From a virus, in IMG/VR virus record IMGVR_UViG_3300045412_000547: DNA of 64,000 nucleotides; one strand, 5' to 3'. Below the pieces are notes generated by a model. The model worked only from the letters and a program-made list of their open reading frames with translations. It was not told where the DNA came from and searched no databases. The translations under genes and the position numbers were made by a program. Of this stretch, positions 9,949-19,181 are shown piece by piece; the first letter of the stretch is position 1, and every line of letters begins with the position of its first letter.

Positions 9949-10660
9949 CGATTTTTATACAGGTATGAACGGTATACAGGTATACCCTGGTATAGATCCA
10001 GTTAATCAATGTTTTAGTTTTACGGATAAAACACAAAACGAATGTGAAAGATTAATATATTCAAATTATTGGCAAGAGCAAATAAATTTATATGGGCAAA
10101 AAGTACTGTATTATGTTAATAGTTTTAATTTATCTGCTTCTGATAATTTATATGGAGAGCACCCTACACAAAAATACCAAGAACCTAAGTTTTTAAAAAT
10201 AGCAGTTAATTTAAATGAAAATGCTTTAATGCTTAGTAAATATGGCCTATTGTCAGAGGATGAAGTAACAGCATTTGTCCATATAACCTCTTTTTACACT
10301 GTGTTTGGCCGTTATTCAGAACCTAAATCAGGTGATTTATTCCAACTCTATGAATATGGATTAGATCGTCCAGGTGGTAGAAATGGGCGGTTTTATGAAA
10401 TAACAGAGAGATTAGATCAAGATATTGCTCAAATTAATCCTCTTGCAGGTCACTATGTATGGTTGATAAAAGCTAAGAGATTTGAATATTCATTCGAACC
10501 AGGTCTATCAGGAGGCGAGACAGTCAACGATCAGATTTTTGATGATACGAAAAATAATACGGTTTCAGGTGCTAATAAACCTTATGAATATAGTGATGAT
10601 TCGCAAAATATATTTGATTATTCAACAAAAAATTACGATAACGTTTACGGTGGGTACTAA
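9941..10660 (+). CDS. gp14: neck/head-closure protein (gp14-like)
   Basis: EQINLYGQKV.Y, D.LYGE, SKYGL..EDE, PKSGDL, FEYS motifs; ATG 9941 preferred. Confidence 0.75.
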   Translation: MSNDFYTGMNGIQVYPGIDPVNQCFSFTDKTQNECERLIYSNYWQEQINLYGQKVLYYVNSFNLSASDNLYGEHPTQKYQEPKFLKIAVNLNENALMLSKYGLLSEDEVTAFVHITSFYTVFGRYSEPKSGDLFQLYEYGLDRPGGRNGRFYEITERLDQDIAQINPLAGHYVWLIKAKRFEYSFEPGLSGGETVNDQIFDDTKNNTVSGANKPYEYSDDSQNIFDYSTKNYDNVYGGY

Positions 10661-10920
10661 GCTTGTATTAGTTCATTTCTAAAAGAAGCGATTAAAATAT
10701 CTGCCTCTCGTGCACTGTTAAAGGACAGTTCTAATATTTTACCAGTATTTTCTCTTAACTTATAAACAAGTTTATCTTCTTCTTTTCTGATATTTATAAT
10801 AACATAATTACACCCTGCATTAAGTTGTCTTTCATAACGCGTACTAGAAGCGTTATTGCTGTCTAAAACAATATTTTTTTTTCTGCCTACTGTAAAATTG
10901 GTTCCGACAATGTAGTGCAT
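10657..10920 (-). CDS. hypothetical protein
   Basis: ORF in overlapping minus-strand run. Confidence 0.55.
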   Translation of the reverse strand: MHYIVGTNFTVGRKKNIVLDSNNASSTRYERQLNAGCNYVIINIRKEEDKLVYKLRENTGKILELSFNSAREADILIASFRNELIQA

Positions 10921-11213
10921 ATGTTATTACTTATTTCAACTGTAGGAAATGTCGCGGTATAAGTATTTTTTTCAAGATTCGATATCTCTTCAATCATAGT
11001 ATCGAATCTTTCATCTATGTATTTTTGAAATGAAAGGGGTTTAATCCATTCACTAGTTTTTTCCATATCTTGTTTAAGTTGCTTAGCTTTCACTGTAATA
11101 TGATCTAAAGCCTCTATAAGACATAACCATCGACTATACTCGTGTAAGGTTAAATTATATTCTTTATCGCTAGATTTAATTTGAATATATTTTTTTGAAT
11201 GTTCCTGTTGCAT
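10887..11213 (-). CDS. hypothetical protein
   Basis: ORF in overlapping minus-strand run. Confidence 0.6.
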   Translation of the reverse strand: MQQEHSKKYIQIKSSDKEYNLTLHEYSRWLCLIEALDHITVKAKQLKQDMEKTSEWIKPLSFQKYIDERFDTMIEEISNLEKNTYTATFPTVEISNNICTTLSEPILQ

Positions 11214-11643
11214 ATCCTAATATTATAATAATAATTTCCTTAGGTTCAAGTATTACTTGTTTTTTTCCTAAAAAATCTAATAAATCACAAAAAACTTCTG
11301 ATTGAGAAGAAAAAATTCTAAAATAATTCCTACAAAAATCGAGAATATCGTGTTTTTTTTCCTCTTCAATCGATGAATTTTTTACCTTATCTAAAATATA
11401 ATCTAGTAAAAGGGATAAGGTATTTTTTATTAGATCTTTTGAATTTAAAATATCGCACTTGTAATAATAATAACTATTTTCTAAAAGCTTGTTAAGAACA
11501 TTATCATTTAAATTTAGTCTTAAAAAATCGTAAATTTCTTTTGGATCTCTTTTTATTATTTCTGTAACCGGTACGAACGGGTCAGCTAATTTAGCGTCAA
11601 TTAGAGAATTTATTGAATTAGGCACGATCGCTTTCCGGAACAT
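11176..11643 (-). CDS. hypothetical protein
   Basis: ORF in overlapping minus-strand run. Confidence 0.6.
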   Translation of the reverse strand: MFRKAIVPNSINSLIDAKLADPFVPVTEIIKRDPKEIYDFLRLNLNDNVLNKLLENSYYYYKCDILNSKDLIKNTLSLLLDYILDKVKNSSIEEEKKHDILDFCRNYFRIFSSQSEVFCDLLDFLGKKQVILEPKEIIIIILGYATGTFKKIYSN

Positions 11644-12055
11644 AACTATCTACTATAGTTTTTAATGCCTCTTTAGTATTATCTATAGGTTGTGTTGTAA
11701 TAGCTGTAGACACATCTATGTAAACAGCTATTTCTTTTTTACACTCTTGACATAAGTATAAATTATCTGTGTTAAGACGAATGGGAACGAATGATTTAAT
11801 TTTTTTATAACAAGGGCATGTTACTTCTGAACCTTGATAAGAAAATTCCTTTATTCTTTCATTTTCTAGCTTTTTATTTTTAAGATTTACATAGATGGTC
11901 AGGATGTTGCTGTAGATATTAAAAATTAAAAACTGTAATGCTAGTCCCAAAAATAACCCTACCCAAAAATTAATACCAAGTTCATCACAAACAAATCCTG
12001 CTAGAACAGAAACAAAAATTAAAATAGTAGTCTGAATAAAAGGTCTCAAGTTCAC
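11618..12055 (-). CDS. membrane protein with two N-terminal TM helices and a zinc-ribbon (CPC..CQEC)
   Basis: Hydrophobic N-terminus, Cys pairs; TTGATT-N16-TAAAAT promoter upstream. Confidence 0.6.
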   Translation of the reverse strand: MNLRPFIQTTILIFVSVLAGFVCDELGINFWVGLFLGLALQFLIFNIYSNILTIYVNLKNKKLENERIKEFSYQGSEVTCPCYKKIKSFVPIRLNTDNLYLCQECKKEIAVYIDVSTAITTQPIDNTKEALKTIVDSYVPESDRA

Positions 12056-12059
12056 AATT

Positions 12060-12087
12060 ATTTTATAAGAACAAAGAAACTAATCAA
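12060..12087 (-). promoter_or_regulatory. sigma70-like promoter
   Basis: TTGATT-N16-TAAAAT-N4-GTG. Confidence 0.55.
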
Positions 12088-12454
12088 TAATTTTATCTAA
12101 GCCATTACCAATATACTTAACTGTGTCTACTATAGCTCTCAGTTTTTGAATAGCATCTTGTACTTCATGCTTTGCTTTAGTATTTTCTGATACAAGAGGG
12201 AAATTTAATGCAGTTTCAAAGAGCTGTAAAGCATTTGATGCATCTACATAAATTTGTCCTAAAGAATCTGTAACTGTTGTTAGTGGAAAAGGTAAATTCT
12301 TTCTTAATTTAATTTGATTAGGAAATTGAGACATGGATTTGTTAAACAGGTCTTTAAGTGTAACTTGTTGTGCAGCAATTTCTCTTGCAGCCATACCTGT
12401 TGTCCATTTATTATAATATTCAATAGCATCCTCGAACATTAACTTTTTCTTCAC
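12080..12454 (-). CDS. hypothetical late protein
   Basis: ORF; TAAATA-N6-GTG. Confidence 0.6.
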   Translation of the reverse strand: MKKKLMFEDAIEYYNKWTTGMAAREIAAQQVTLKDLFNKSMSQFPNQIKLRKNLPFPLTTVTDSLGQIYVDASNALQLFETALNFPLVSENTKAKHEVQDAIQKLRAIVDTVKYIGNGLDKIID

Positions 12455-12487
12455 TAAATATATTTATTCGAGGATAAATAATAATGT

Positions 12488-12907
12488 ATGAGTAATATTT
12501 TTGAAAAACGCTTTTTTAATATTCTAGAAGCAGACACTACAGTAATTCCTACTGATGTCGACAAAACACCAGAATCCGATAGAGAGGCTATGGCACAGAC
12601 TTTAAAATCAACAACTCCTGAGGATTTTGACGTAGAGGTACCACATGGTGGCGGTGAATTAGAAAGAGAAAAAGTACACCAAAAAGCTGAATTAACATCT
12701 TGGATAAGTGAAATAGATAAATTTATAGGTTATTTAAATGGTACAGATAATGGATCGGTTCAATCTAAACTACACGCTGCTAGATGTGATTCTGTATTTG
12801 AAGATGTAGCAAGAAGTGAAAAGAAAAAGATAGCTAGAATCGCTGCAGAGCTTAGTTCATTAAGCGAAGCATTTAAAGGTTATCTAATATCGATGACGTC
12901 TACTTAA
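12488..12907 (+). CDS. hypothetical late protein, candidate head internal protein
   Basis: N-terminus MSNIFEKRFFNILEA; TAAATA-N7-ATG. Confidence 0.65.
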   Translation: MSNIFEKRFFNILEADTTVIPTDVDKTPESDREAMAQTLKSTTPEDFDVEVPHGGGELEREKVHQKAELTSWISEIDKFIGYLNGTDNGSVQSKLHAARCDSVFEDVARSEKKKIARIAAELSSLSEAFKGYLISMTST

Positions 12908-13925
12908 TTTTAGTTAAAAGCAGCTTTGCTCTAATACCGCTCGCAATATTATCTAAAATAAATGGTGTATCTATTTCGTTTTTACCTAAATCAATACATA
13001 GTTCATTAATATCTTTATAGTTTTTACCGTAATTTTCAGGCCATAAAAAAACCGTCTCATCATTTGAGATAAGCTTTTCAGTTTTCTTCCTACTAGCTTT
13101 ATCAATCCATTGACTATCTAAGACCCAAATTTTTTTCAACAAGTTAAACTCAAATAACTGTCTTTCTTGAAATAGTGAAAGGCTGGTTGACGAATCTTCT
13201 TGAATGCCAGCTACACCCACACCGTTTCTTATAAAAAAAGAATCAATAGGTCCTTCAAAAATAAATATATAATTTAAATCAACATCAATTTGATTTATAT
13301 TAAACAATGATTTTTCTCCCCTAACTTTACTCAAATATCTAGGTTTAAATTTTAAATCACTATCAAAAATAGCTCTAGACTGATAAAAAATTATATTGTT
13401 ATTTTTATCATAAAACGGAAGTATGATTCTATTTTTATGTACTTTATCGTTAAGAGAAATATAGAGTGCACCAGGACGGTTGATTGCTGTATCTAATCTA
13501 CGATTCTTAATAATATCTAATGCTTTTCTAACTACTTTATTATCTTTAAAAAAGGAAATCTGCGACTTATCAAATAAGTTAATGCTGTCTGTAGGTAGAG
13601 ATTCAACTTGCTTAATTGAAGGTTGTAATTCGTCTTTAATTTCAACAGGTATAATATCATAAGAAGAGGCCTCTTTTAAAATTTCTCCAATAGTTAAACC
13701 AGAAACTTCTTGTATCCATTTTACAGGAGAGCCATACCAACCACAATTATGACAACATATAATGTTTTTATTTAAAATATAATAGCAGCGACGTTTCTTT
13801 CCCCAAGAATTACCTTCTCTGCACACAGGGCAACCAGCCTCATATGTTTGTAATAACTTTTTAAACCGCGGGTAACCAGCATACTGATAGTATTTTTGTA
13901 CTATGTACTCTTGAGGTATTTCCAC
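12900..13925 (-). CDS. gp61: DNA primase (T4 gp61-like)
   Basis: Zn ribbon CPVC...CHNC, RIILPF, FYQSR, TOPRIM EGPIDS, KDINE. Confidence 0.9.
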   Translation of the reverse strand: MEIPQEYIVQKYYQYAGYPRFKKLLQTYEAGCPVCREGNSWGKKRRCYYILNKNIICCHNCGWYGSPVKWIQEVSGLTIGEILKEASSYDIIPVEIKDELQPSIKQVESLPTDSINLFDKSQISFFKDNKVVRKALDIIKNRRLDTAINRPGALYISLNDKVHKNRIILPFYDKNNNIIFYQSRAIFDSDLKFKPRYLSKVRGEKSLFNINQIDVDLNYIFIFEGPIDSFFIRNGVGVAGIQEDSSTSLSLFQERQLFEFNLLKKIWVLDSQWIDKASRKKTEKLISNDETVFLWPENYGKNYKDINELCIDLGKNEIDTPFILDNIASGIRAKLLLTKIK

Positions 13926-13928
13926 AAT

Positions 13929-14195
13929 TTAAGGTTTTGGAATAGGTAAGGGTTCAGGTTCAGAAGAACCTGGCTTAGGGTCTGTGTCCGGTGTATGTAT
14001 GTAGGGTTGATTATTAGTAGACTGTTTTATATCTTTTACAGACACTATACCTTTTCGAATAAAAGTACCGCTTGCAGGATCAATATACTCAGCTTCTACA
14101 ACTTCTTTTCCGTTGCGAATATATGTTTTTAAACGAGGGGTAACCGGTTGACCTGATATGGGTGATGTAATTTTTCTAGGTTGTATAAAGTCCAT
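13929..14195 (-). CDS. hypothetical late protein with Pro-rich tail
   Basis: ORF; perfect TATAAATA 5 nt upstream. Confidence 0.6.
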   Translation of the reverse strand: MDFIQPRKITSPISGQPVTPRLKTYIRNGKEVVEAEYIDPASGTFIRKGIVSVKDIKQSTNNQPYIHTPDTDPKPGSSEPEPLPIPKP

Positions 14196-14200
14196 AAAAA

Positions 14201-14208
14201 TATTTATA
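14201..14208 (-). promoter_or_regulatory. late promoter TATAAATA
   Basis: Perfect T4 consensus, N5 to ATG 14195. Confidence 0.7.
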
Positions 14209-14221
14209 AATAAACTTTAAA

Positions 14222-14518
14222 TTACAATCCATTCTTTTTATATTGACGGAGGCAAATATCATATACTGATCTAGGCAATTTTTGTACAACATCAACTATA
14301 CCGTTTTCGACACCAAAATAAAACTTTTCTTTAGGTATGTGTCTATTAATCATTTTTGGCATTGATAAAAACCCTGCGCTTTCTTTTAAATCTTTGCAAT
14401 AAACCAGCAACTCTCCAAGATAAGTTCCTTTAATTACCGCATAAATGTATCTTGGTCTTGGGTGTATCTTAGAAAAGCTGCTCTTTAAGCGCTGTAATAC
14501 ATTTTTCAGATGAGTCAT
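14222..14518 (-). CDS. hypothetical protein
   Basis: ORF in minus-strand operon. Confidence 0.55.
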   Translation of the reverse strand: MTHLKNVLQRLKSSFSKIHPRPRYIYAVIKGTYLGELLVYCKDLKESAGFLSMPKMINRHIPKEKFYFGVENGIVDVVQKLPRSVYDICLRQYKKNGL

Positions 14519-15344
14519 AAATGTCTGGTAACTCTAGTCCTATTTTAGATATTTTATCTGTTGATAGCAAGCAATTTGATCGATTTACCTTAAAATTTAA
14601 TTCACTGTAATCTTTAAACTGCCATTTCAAATTTTGCATGCTATTTCTTTTTAAAATATCTACAACCGTTGACGCTTTGATACCACCCTTATTGGTGACA
14701 TTGTAGATACCAGGCCTTATATATTGATAATTCAAAGATATAAATTTATAAATAAAAACACAAAGGTCCTCGACGCATGTACAGCTATTAGGCATGTCAA
14801 TGAGTGTATCGTAATTTAAGATTTTTATAAAATAATTTTTTCTGTTTATCTCACTCGTGAAGGGTATGCGAATTCGTAAAATGCTTGTGTTTACAAAGTT
14901 TGTTATTAATTCAGCTGCATGTTTTGTTTTAGAATAAAAACTACTCTCAGTATCAAACAATCCAAAATTAGGTGTATCTGTCTCGCTATATTCTTTAAGA
15001 TATCCGGTATATATGCAACCGCTAGAAATGGTGATTAATGCAAAGTTGTGTTGAATACAAAAATAATTTAGCAGAGATTGTAGTTTAACGTTATATTCGA
15101 AACATATCTCTTTATTATCCTCACAGCTCTCTACGTTTGGATTACCGGTATAACCTGAGCAATTAATAATAGTAACGTGATTATTTTTTACTGTTGTATT
15201 GATGTATTCTTCTAATTTTTCTAAATTAAAATAGTCACATTCTTTCCTGGAAATATGGTAAACATCTAAATTTTCGTTGTGCAAAAACGAAAAAAGCTTG
15301 TTACCAATAAATCCTTTACCTAGGATTATAATAGAGTCGCGCAC
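14469..15344 (-). CDS. NDP-4-keto-6-deoxyglucose 3,5-epimerase/4-reductase (RmlD/NRS-ER-like SDR)
   Basis: GKGFIG Rossmann motif, GYTGNPNVESCE, SSGCIY, catalytic YSKTK, LRIRIP. Confidence 0.8.
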   Translation of the reverse strand: MRDSIIILGKGFIGNKLFSFLHNENLDVYHISRKECDYFNLEKLEEYINTTVKNNHVTIINCSGYTGNPNVESCEDNKEICFEYNVKLQSLLNYFCIQHNFALITISSGCIYTGYLKEYSETDTPNFGLFDTESSFYSKTKHAAELITNFVNTSILRIRIPFTSEINRKNYFIKILNYDTLIDMPNSCTCVEDLCVFIYKFISLNYQYIRPGIYNVTNKGGIKASTVVDILKRNSMQNLKWQFKDYSELNFKVNRSNCLLSTDKISKIGLELPDIYDSSEKCITALKEQLF

Positions 15345-15361
15345 AATAAAACTTATTAAAA

Positions 15362-15691
15362 TTATTCTATATCTCCAGGACCGCCCCGGACATTTTTCAT
15401 GAAAAATTTATTAAGTAATGTAGCAAGAGAATCTGCTTCTTGTTGATTGTGAGCAAATATAAAATTAACGGGCTCGCCATCCATTGTGTAACCTAAGATT
15501 ATAAAAGAATTTAAAAATTCTTGAACTGTATTAACTAACGCTTCGGTGTTTTTCCGGGCAGAGTTGTCTTCTTTTAGCTGATTTTGAATAAAAGCAGCAA
15601 AGGCTTTTCTAGCTAAATCTTTAGTTTCGCTATTATTTGGGTCAAAGTCGTTATTATCCTTTGACTCGTTCTGGTTTGCCTTCTTCATCAT
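15362..15691 (-). CDS. hypothetical protein
   Basis: ORF in operon. Confidence 0.6.
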   Translation of the reverse strand: MMKKANQNESKDNNDFDPNNSETKDLARKAFAAFIQNQLKEDNSARKNTEALVNTVQEFLNSFIILGYTMDGEPVNFIFAHNQQEADSLATLLNKFFMKNVRGGPGDIE

Positions 15692-16040
15692 TATTATTTA
15701 TTCTCTTTGATACAAATCTACAGCGACCAGGATAATCCTTGTTACATGACGCACCGTATTTTAACAAATAATCAACTACGGTTTCAATGCTTTCTGTTTT
15801 AAGTGTTAAATTTCTAGGAAATCTATTACCACCATCATTAAATTCAAAGCAAGTAGCGTTATTGTCGCTGCCATCGTTAAAGCATGTGATATAAACAGAC
15901 ACCTCACTTGGGTTTACAAGAACAGTCCATCTTCTAGGATCAGCTTTATTGTAAATAGAAAAAACTTTAAGAACAATAAAGCCGTTATCTTTAAGACGCT
16001 TTATAAAGTAACCCGGTGTTCTAATTTTATTTTTGCTCAT
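15654..16040 (-). CDS. hypothetical protein
   Basis: ORF abutting clamp gene. Confidence 0.6.
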   Translation of the reverse strand: MSKNKIRTPGYFIKRLKDNGFIVLKVFSIYNKADPRRWTVLVNPSEVSVYITCFNDGSDNNATCFEFNDGGNRFPRNLTLKTESIETVVDYLLKYGASCNKDYPGRCRFVSKRINNNDEEGKPERVKG

Positions 16041-16775
16041 TTAATTTGCCAGGGCAGATATTACAATTTTATGAGTAGCAAAATTATCAGATATTTCAAG
16101 TAAGACTATACTCATTTTAGAGTGAATTTTAACATTAAAGGTCTTAGCCCTTATGGAAGAGATTATTCTAAAAATTTCAAAATTCAAGGGCATACTATTT
16201 ATTACTGGTGAACCTACATAATCTTCCGTGAGTTTTAAATCAAAAGAGTCAATATTTGGCTTACTTTTATCTGTTAATTCACCGAATACACTATTATTTT
16301 TAAAAGTTAGATAAAGCTTACTAGAATCTATGTTAATAGAACTGGCCTTAATTAAATTAATCAATATAGGTTGAGATATAGAAAAACTACCATCAAATTT
16401 TAAATCATTTAATTTATCTATGTTTAATTTAGGTGTTGAAATAATACCGTCATCAAACAAATGATATTTAAAACGAATATCGTCAGAGCTATAACTTATA
16501 TTATTTGTATTAATTGTAATCTCAAAATCTTTAGATCCGATACATGAAAATAATCTATGTAATTTTTTTAAATCGGGAATATTTAGAGTATGGCTACCTT
16601 TAATTTTATCATCAGAATAAAGAGAATGTACAATTACAGTACTATCACTAGTAGAAAGCAAGGAAGATATATTTTTATCTGCTACAGTTAGAACGGCATT
16701 CTCAGAAACTTTACTAATAAAACCTAAGAAGCTGTCTAAAAAACAATCTTTATTAGAAATCGTAACCGTCATCAA
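16041..16775 (-). CDS. gp45: DNA polymerase sliding clamp (gp45-like)
   Basis: About 240 aa two-lobed clamp pattern (NIPDLKKL, FKYHLFDD.II, LIKASS); replication context. Confidence 0.6.
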   Translation of the reverse strand: MMTVTISNKDCFLDSFLGFISKVSENAVLTVADKNISSLLSTSDSTVIVHSLYSDDKIKGSHTLNIPDLKKLHRLFSCIGSKDFEITINTNNISYSSDDIRFKYHLFDDGIISTPKLNIDKLNDLKFDGSFSISQPILINLIKASSINIDSSKLYLTFKNNSVFGELTDKSKPNIDSFDLKLTEDYVGSPVINSMPLNFEIFRIISSIRAKTFNVKIHSKMSIVLLEISDNFATHKIVISALAN

Positions 16776-17159
16776 TTAATTAGGCTCTTTTTTAAGATAA
16801 AAAAGGGCGTCTTTTAAAAGTTGTTCAATTTTTTCCAACGTCGCGGCTATTTTATATAAACTATCAACTATTTTACCAGAATCATCAGAACCAACTCTAG
16901 GAGCTACCATAATTTGAGGTTGAGTTCGTATATTTGGTGCAGACGCACCAACAGAATTATGCTGAGGTATTCCTCGACTTTGACCTTGAGGCAAATTACG
17001 AATAATTTCTTCCGCTTTTAAATTGAGTCCCTGAAGAGTGGGGTTTTTATTAACAATGTGGCTATCTAATTGTTTTAAATCGCCTAAATTTTGCCCCATA
17101 AACTGAAGCGTAGCCAAACGTATCTCTTCTGGTGTAGATTCTCTAAAAGCGTCGCTCAT
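16776..17159 (-). CDS. hypothetical protein
   Basis: ORF between gp32 and clamp. Confidence 0.6.
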   Translation of the reverse strand: MSDAFRESTPEEIRLATLQFMGQNLGDLKQLDSHIVNKNPTLQGLNLKAEEIIRNLPQGQSRGIPQHNSVGASAPNIRTQPQIMVAPRVGSDDSGKIVDSLYKIAATLEKIEQLLKDALFYLKKEPN

Positions 17160-18031
17160 TACTCATCGAGTTCTTTAAGAAGATTATTAATAGAATCATC
17201 TGTCAAGTCATCTTCTTGCTGCTTTTTAGAAGCCTTGGGTTCTGGTGCAGAAGACCTTTTAACAGATTTGACTTCTGTAACAATTTGAGGAACCTCAACG
17301 GCAGCAGTTACTTCTTCTATCGCATCTTCTTTACAATAGTAATGTTGGTTAAATAAAGTCTTAAGCTCGTCGTATGTTTTAGCACTCACGTAAGACTCTA
17401 AATCAAATACTCCTTTATAAATTTTATCATAATCAGCTTCATCCAGTCCTTCAATTTCCTTAGGAGATTGAAACTTAGAAGAAACATAAGTAGGATAGTC
17501 TCCTTGCTTTTCTACTTTAATTTTTAAGCTGCAACCTTTAGAAGACAAGTCAAAAATGCGCGGGCCAAATTCTTCTGCATCTTCTCCCTCTATAGCATCC
17601 ATGATAATTTTATGGAGTTGTTTACCAAACCGAATTAACTTAGTTTTACCGTTGTTATCAGAGTTAACAGGGTCGTTAATAACATAAGTATTAACTAACC
17701 AGTTTTCTCTTCTCAAAATAACGGACATCTTTTTCTTTTCCTCATCACTACCATTGCGCAAAACACGGTAGCGCTCTTCACCAATCGGATCACGTTGACC
17801 CCAGGTAGAAGGGCTTACAAATGTTACTAACTGGCCGGTGCTATAGCTATTCCATCCATAAGAATAATAGTGAAAAAACGTCTTTGAGGGGTCCTTTATA
17901 TTAGGCAATAAACGAACTGTGTATATATTGCCCACCTCTGTCCTTAGGAAGTCTCTAGTACGAGAAGCTGTTGTTTCTTTAGTTAAAGCAGACTTAATGC
18001 TTTCAAACATTGAATTGGTAAATGTACTCAT
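17159..18031 (-). CDS. gp32: single-stranded DNA-binding protein
   Basis: VRLLP, N.YVINDP.N.DNNGK, FGKQ, FDL..G..LKIK, Y.SSKF, acidic C-terminus. Confidence 0.88.
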   Translation of the reverse strand: MSTFTNSMFESIKSALTKETTASRTRDFLRTEVGNIYTVRLLPNIKDPSKTFFHYYSYGWNSYSTGQLVTFVSPSTWGQRDPIGEERYRVLRNGSDEEKKKMSVILRRENWLVNTYVINDPVNSDNNGKTKLIRFGKQLHKIIMDAIEGEDAEEFGPRIFDLSSKGCSLKIKVEKQGDYPTYVSSKFQSPKEIEGLDEADYDKIYKGVFDLESYVSAKTYDELKTLFNQHYYCKEDAIEEVTAAVEVPQIVTEVKSVKRSSAPEPKASKKQQEDDLTDDSINNLLKELDE

Positions 18032-18037
18032 ATTAAA

Positions 18038-18065
18038 ATTTTATAATGAGCAACACCTAATTCAA
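18038..18065 (-). promoter_or_regulatory. sigma70-like promoter of gp32
   Basis: TTGAAT-N16-TAAAAT-N6-ATG. Confidence 0.6.
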
Positions 18066-18712
18066 GCGTTATTTTTAATTTTTTTATAGGCATAAGAACA
18101 GAGTAATTTGGCTTTTCTCGAGACAATATATTTTGTTCTAAAAATTTCTATTTTTGAATAAAAATCTTTACCTAGCATAAACTCTAAAACCTCGGGCCCC
18201 ACCAATCTTATGTTGCGAATTGTGTCTTTGAATTCTAATAAAGAATAAAAATTGATTTTATGCTCTTGTAAATGAAGTAAAAAAGAAAACATGTTGTTTG
18301 TTCTATGGTTTACATAGCTGTCTACATTAATATTTTGCTCGCTGCAAAACTGTTTAATAAACTTAAATGATTTTAAAATATTTTTAAGTTGTTGTTTTTC
18401 GTCTGGATCCAAGAGCTCGTTTTTCTTCAAAAGTGTAGTATAGGCGTTAATCGCTTTAAGACTGATATAATAATCCAATCCAAAATAATTTTCATCTTGG
18501 TAAAGTTCATAAGGTGCTTTAAAAAAGCTTTGAACGTCAATGTGTTTAAAACGATTGAAAAAATTTGACAGTTTTTTTAAATAAACATATTCTTTTTTAT
18601 CTAATAACTCCGCAAAATTTTTTCTATTTTTGTAAGGTTTGCCGTTACGAGAGACCCTTAAAAAAGTATTGTAAATATACTTTTCAAAATCAGAAAATTC
18701 TAGTACCGCCAT
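18062..18712 (-). CDS. putative helicase loader (gp59-like)
   Basis: Basic/aromatic 216 aa, RKNF..YVYLKKL; upstream of gp32 as in T4. Confidence 0.4.
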   Translation of the reverse strand: MAVLEFSDFEKYIYNTFLRVSRNGKPYKNRKNFAELLDKKEYVYLKKLSNFFNRFKHIDVQSFFKAPYELYQDENYFGLDYYISLKAINAYTTLLKKNELLDPDEKQQLKNILKSFKFIKQFCSEQNINVDSYVNHRTNNMFSFLLHLQEHKINFYSLLEFKDTIRNIRLVGPEVLEFMLGKDFYSKIEIFRTKYIVSRKAKLLCSYAYKKIKNNA

Positions 18713-18903
18713 TTGTAACGAGCGAATTCTTTTTTGACACGCTTTTTAACACTTGGCTTGTATCCATATTTAAAAAACCGAATTGTTTCTAATACTAAAG
18801 ACTTTTGAACCTCACGAGCAAACTTGTTGTATTTTCTTGCAAAATAATCCTTATCTAGGGATTTCTTTCTATCTAGCGTTATTTCTGCGTTTACGTTAAT
18901 CAT
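18700..18903 (-). CDS. rpsU: divergent ribosomal protein bS21
   Basis: 67 aa, basic; KF.REVQK..VLE.IR...Y.KPS.K.R.K matches the bS21 signature. Confidence 0.75.
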   Translation of the reverse strand: MINVNAEITLDRKKSLDKDYFARKYNKFAREVQKSLVLETIRFFKYGYKPSVKKRVKKEFARYKWRY

Positions 18904-19181
18904 AGTAGTGCTTTTTTGTTTGCGTTAAGATATTTCATTATATATTTACTCTTATATAATCCAGTATCAAATTGTAAAAAGCTTTTTACGGCAAGATAAT
19001 CATTTTCAAAATCACAATATTCTTTAAACAAAATTCTTACGTTTGAATTCTGTAAAAGAAGTAAAAATATGTTTGCTAGATTCATTTTTTTAGTTTGTAG
19101 TAAACTTATTAAAGTACAAAAAGAGTAAAACAAATGATTAAACTCATATGCTGTGATTGAATAGGAGGGGTCTACTTTCAT
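18900..19181 (-). CDS. hypothetical protein
   Basis: ORF coupled (4-nt overlaps) to DHH and bS21 genes. Confidence 0.6.
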   Translation of the reverse strand: MKVDPSYSITAYEFNHLFYSFCTLISLLQTKKMNLANIFLLLLQNSNVRILFKEYCDFENDYLAVKSFLQFDTGLYKSKYIMKYLNANKKALL

